A stretch of DNA of 64,000 nucleotides from contig CAVXTM010000010.1 of assembly GCA_963764725.1 (NCBI GenBank), positions 32,001 to 96,000 of the forward strand, in the 5' to 3' direction. How positions within the stretch are numbered: the stretch's first letter is position 1; each line of letters opens with the position of its first letter. A program made the position numbers and the translations under genes. Of the stretch, positions 61,109 to 64,000 are shown piece by piece. Source of the stretch: an uncultured Gammaproteobacteria bacterium. Its GTDB lineage: Bacteria; Pseudomonadota; Gammaproteobacteria; JACCXJ01. The notes below the pieces were generated by a model. The model had not been told where the DNA came from. It did not search any database and saw only the letters and a program-made list of their open reading frames with translations.

Positions 61109-61304
61109 CGCTGACGGCGCGGACTCTTGTAATCGCGTATTTTTACCCCCATTTGCTTAGGCGCCGCGCAAACGGATTAATCAATTTTACTTCGCGGGCG
61201 GGGTATGAATCCCGCCCTTGACCAAAAGGGAGAGCTGCGCCTCTCCCCTTTGGAAACCCCATGGCTAAGGGTCCCGCGACCAGACCGCGGGAAAGAATTT
61301 AATT

Positions 61305-63641
61305 ATGAACACACTGATCCCCGTCTTGCCGATCAAGAACAGCGTGCTCTTCCCCCACCTGGTGATGCCGCTCGCGGTAGGCCGGCCGATCTCGGTTGCG
61401 GCAGTGGAGGCGGCGTTGATGCGGGAAGACAAGCTTATCGGGGTGTTCGCGCAGCGGCAACCATCGGTCGAGGAACCGACGTTGGCCGATTTGTATCCGA
61501 TCGGAACGCTCGGGATCATCAAAAAGATAGCCCGCTCCGATGACGTCATTCAGATCGTCGTTCAGGGGACCCGGCGCGTGCAGGCGGCCGCCGTGGCGCA
61601 GGCGCATCCTTTTCTGAGCCTAGCGATCGATGAGGTTCCGGAGCCTGAGGACAGCGGTGCGGAGGTCGAAGCCCTGCAGCGGGCAGTCTTGGAGCTCGCC
61701 GGCAAAATGCTGCAGCTCGTGCAACCCCAGATCCAAACGAGCTTGAGCCATATCATTGCCGAAGTCGAAGACCCCTTGCACCAGGTGTATTTGATTGGCT
61801 CCCTGTTGTCGCTGGAGGTGGAGAAGGAGCAGGAATTGCTTGCGGCCATGTCGCGGCGGGAGGCGTTACGCCTGGCGCACGCGTATTTGAATCACGAGGT
61901 CCAGGTTCTCGAGATCAGGAACAAGATCGCGAGCGAGGCGCAATCGGAAATGACCCGCCAGCAGCGCGAATACCTGCTGCGCCAGCAGTTGCGCGCGATC
62001 CAAGGGGAGCTTGGCGAGCAGAGTCCCGAGCAGAGCGAGGTAGCGGAGCTGCGCAAGCGCATGGAGGAAGCAAATCTACCGGCACTGGTCGAGAAAGAGG
62101 TCGAGAAAGAGCTCAAACGCCTCGATCGCATGCCCGCGTCGGCTCCCGATTACCAGATCGCGCGCAGTTATGTCGAGCTGACGCTCGAGCTCCCGTGGAG
62201 CAAGGTCACGACCGATATTTACGATCTCGGCCGGGCGCGCGAGATCCTGGATGCGGATCATTTCGATCTCAAGGAGGTTAAGGAACGCATCATCGAGCAC
62301 TTGGCGGTCATGAAGCTCAATCCCGAAGCGCGCGCGCCGATTCTCTGCTTCGTGGGGCCGCCGGGTGTGGGCAAGACCTCCCTGGGCCAGTCGATCGGCC
62401 GGGCCTTGGATCGGAAGTTCGAGCGCCTGTCCTTGGGCGGCCTGCACGACGAGGCCGAACTGCGCGGCCACCGGCGCACCTATATCGGCGCCATGCCCGG
62501 GCGCATCATTCGGGCGATACGCCGCGCCGGGGTGAGAAATCCGCTCCTCATGCTCGATGAGGTCGATAAGCTCGGCCGCGATTATCGCGGCGATCCGTCG
62601 GCGGCCTTGATGGAAATCCTGGATCCCGCTCAAAACAACGCCTTTCACGACAATTACCTGGATCTGCCCTTCGATCTCTCGCAGGTGTTTTTCATCACCA
62701 CGGCCAACACCTTGGATAGCATCCCGCGGCCGCTTTTGGACCGCATGGAGACCTTGCGCCTCGCGGGTTACAGCGAGGAGGAGAAACGCGAGATCGCCCG
62801 CCGCTATCTCATCGGCCGCCAGATGAAGGAATCCGGACTGGGTGAAGCGCAGTTAACGCTTCCCGAGGAAACCTTGGCCTATGTGATCCGGCGCTACACC
62901 CGCGAGGCGGGGGTGCGCGAACTCGAGCGGGTGCTCGGCCGGATCTGCCGTAAGATCGCGACGTGCGTGGCCGAAGGCGATACCCGTCCGGTGACGGTCC
63001 GTCCCGAAGACCTGTCCGAGCTTCTCGGACCGGAGCGCTTCTTCCCCGAGGCGGCCCGCCGGCAACTCGCGCCCGGCGTGGCCGCGGGTCTTGCCTGGAC
63101 CGAGTCGGGGGGCGATGTCCTGTATGTCGAGACGGTGCTTCTGCCCGATGGCAAGGATCTGGTGATGACGGGACAGCTCGGAGCCGTGATGCAGGAATCG
63201 GCCAAGGCCGCGCAGAGCTACATCGCATCGCGGGCGGCGGCTTTCGGGATATCCGAGGCCACCCGTCAAAGCGGGGTGCACATCCACGTGCCGGCGGGGG
63301 CGATCCCGAAGGATGGGCCCTCGGCGGGCGTGACCATGGTGACGGCGCTTACCTCGCTTTACAGCGCACGCCCGGTCCGCAGCGACACGGCCATGACCGG
63401 CGAGATCACCTTGAGCGGCTTGGTATTGCCGGTCGGAGGCGTGAAGGAAAAAATGCTTGCCGCGCATCGTGCCGGGATCAAACGGGTGATTTTGCCGAAG
63501 GAGAACGAAAAGGACCTGCGCGAATTGCCCGAACAGGTCCGCAACGAGGTCGAGTTCATTCTGGCCGCGCGCATCGAGGAGGTGCTGTGCGCGGCCGTCC
63601 CCGATCTGCCGCAACCCTTGCGCGCCGGATGCGCTGATTAA
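61305..63641 (+). CDS. lon: ATP-dependent Lon protease
   Basis: [28 protein letters not shown]. Confidence 0.95.
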   Translation: MNTLIPVLPIKNSVLFPHLVMPLAVGRPISVAAVEAALMREDKLIGVFAQRQPSVEEPTLADLYPIGTLGIIKKIARSDDVIQIVVQGTRRVQAAAVAQAHPFLSLAIDEVPEPEDSGAEVEALQRAVLELAGKMLQLVQPQIQTSLSHIIAEVEDPLHQVYLIGSLLSLEVEKEQELLAAMSRREALRLAHAYLNHEVQVLEIRNKIASEAQSEMTRQQREYLLRQQLRAIQGELGEQSPEQSEVAELRKRMEEANLPALVEKEVEKELKRLDRMPASAPDYQIARSYVELTLELPWSKVTTDIYDLGRAREILDADHFDLKEVKERIIEHLAVMKLNPEARAPILCFVGPPGVGKTSLGQSIGRALDRKFERLSLGGLHDEAELRGHRRTYIGAMPGRIIRAIRRAGVRNPLLMLDEVDKLGRDYRGDPSAALMEILDPAQNNAFHDNYLDLPFDLSQVFFITTANTLDSIPRPLLDRMETLRLAGYSEEEKREIARRYLIGRQMKESGLGEAQLTLPEETLAYVIRRYTREAGVRELERVLGRICRKIATCVAEGDTRPVTVRPEDLSELLGPERFFPEAARRQLAPGVAAGLAWTESGGDVLYVETVLLPDGKDLVMTGQLGAVMQESAKAAQSYIASRAAAFGISEATRQSGVHIHVPAGAIPKDGPSAGVTMVTALTSLYSARPVRSDTAMTGEITLSGLVLPVGGVKEKMLAAHRAGIKRVILPKENEKDLRELPEQVRNEVEFILAARIEEVLCAAVPDLPQPLRAGCAD

Positions 63642-64000
63642 GGCCGCGTATAGCGGTGCTTCACGCCCGCCGGAAACCACTCCGGATCGCCCTGGGCTTT
63701 AAGCTCGATGTGCGGAAGTTGGGAAGCCGGGGGGACGTAGTTCGCGAATTCACTGTTCAAACGCCGTAGCTCGCGGACGATTAACTGAGCGGCCGCATCA
63801 CGGCGTTCGTCGCTCGCCGTCTCGCCAGGGGCGAGCTCGATGACGATCGCGAGGAAACGATTCTTGTCTTCATCCTCGCGCGCTTGCATGACGAATTTTC
63901 CCGTGACCCATTCCCGGATACCCAATTGCTCCAGCCCGACGCTCACATTCTCGGGATAGAGGTTGGCGCCGAAATAGGAGATCACGAAGTGCGAGCGCCC
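63638..64000 (-). CDS. Phenylacetate-CoA ligase-like protein, C-terminal part (partial)
   Basis: SYFGANLYPEN...LNSEFANY...FPAGVKHRY; runs off window. Confidence 0.65.
   Translation of the reverse strand, partial: GRSHFVISYFGANLYPENVSVGLEQLGIREWVTGKFVMQAREDEDKNRFLAIVIELAPGETASDERRDAAAQLIVRELRRLNSEFANYVPPASQLPHIELKAQGDPEWFPAGVKHRYTRP

Noticed and set aside
1-64000. Prophage, rRNA or tRNA genes
   Set aside because: No structural phage genes, intact integrase, or recognisable rRNA/tRNA sequence was seen by eye; tRNAscan would be needed to exclude tRNAs formally.

Overview
GC-rich bacterial chromosomal window, probably from a Gammaproteobacterium (inferred from gene style and an argE-argA pair). 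Housekeeping blocks include an aconitase 3' end, an acyl-CoA ligase, lhr, a large NAD-GDH, argA/argE, an ABC1 kinase, a DASS transporter and lon. They alternate with heavily eroded accessory DNA. Main structures read from the sequence: (1) a FAD oxidoreductase-type III PKS-ACP-ketosynthase operon at 5.5-9.3 kb; (2) a heme peroxidase plus a phage-like fragment lying inside a broken cytochrome c gene at 17-19 kb; (3) a 16.3-kb hotspot (26785-43095) bounded by ~27-bp inverted repeats and an 8-bp duplication TGTGATGA, with an internal empty-site copy. This hotspot carries a NERD/SEC-C gene, an orphan DGR avd fragment, a TIR-like protein with an amyloid-like tail, TA genes, a tandem non-coding motif upstream of an MFS gene, a group IIC-attC intron stub, and an integron with attI, attC cassettes and a truncated integrase; (4) a second decayed attC cassette cluster at 50.6-55.1 kb; (5) a ~1365-aa internally duplicated membrane protein. 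No rRNA, tRNA or CRISPR array was seen. All family calls are motif recognition by eye, not database searches.
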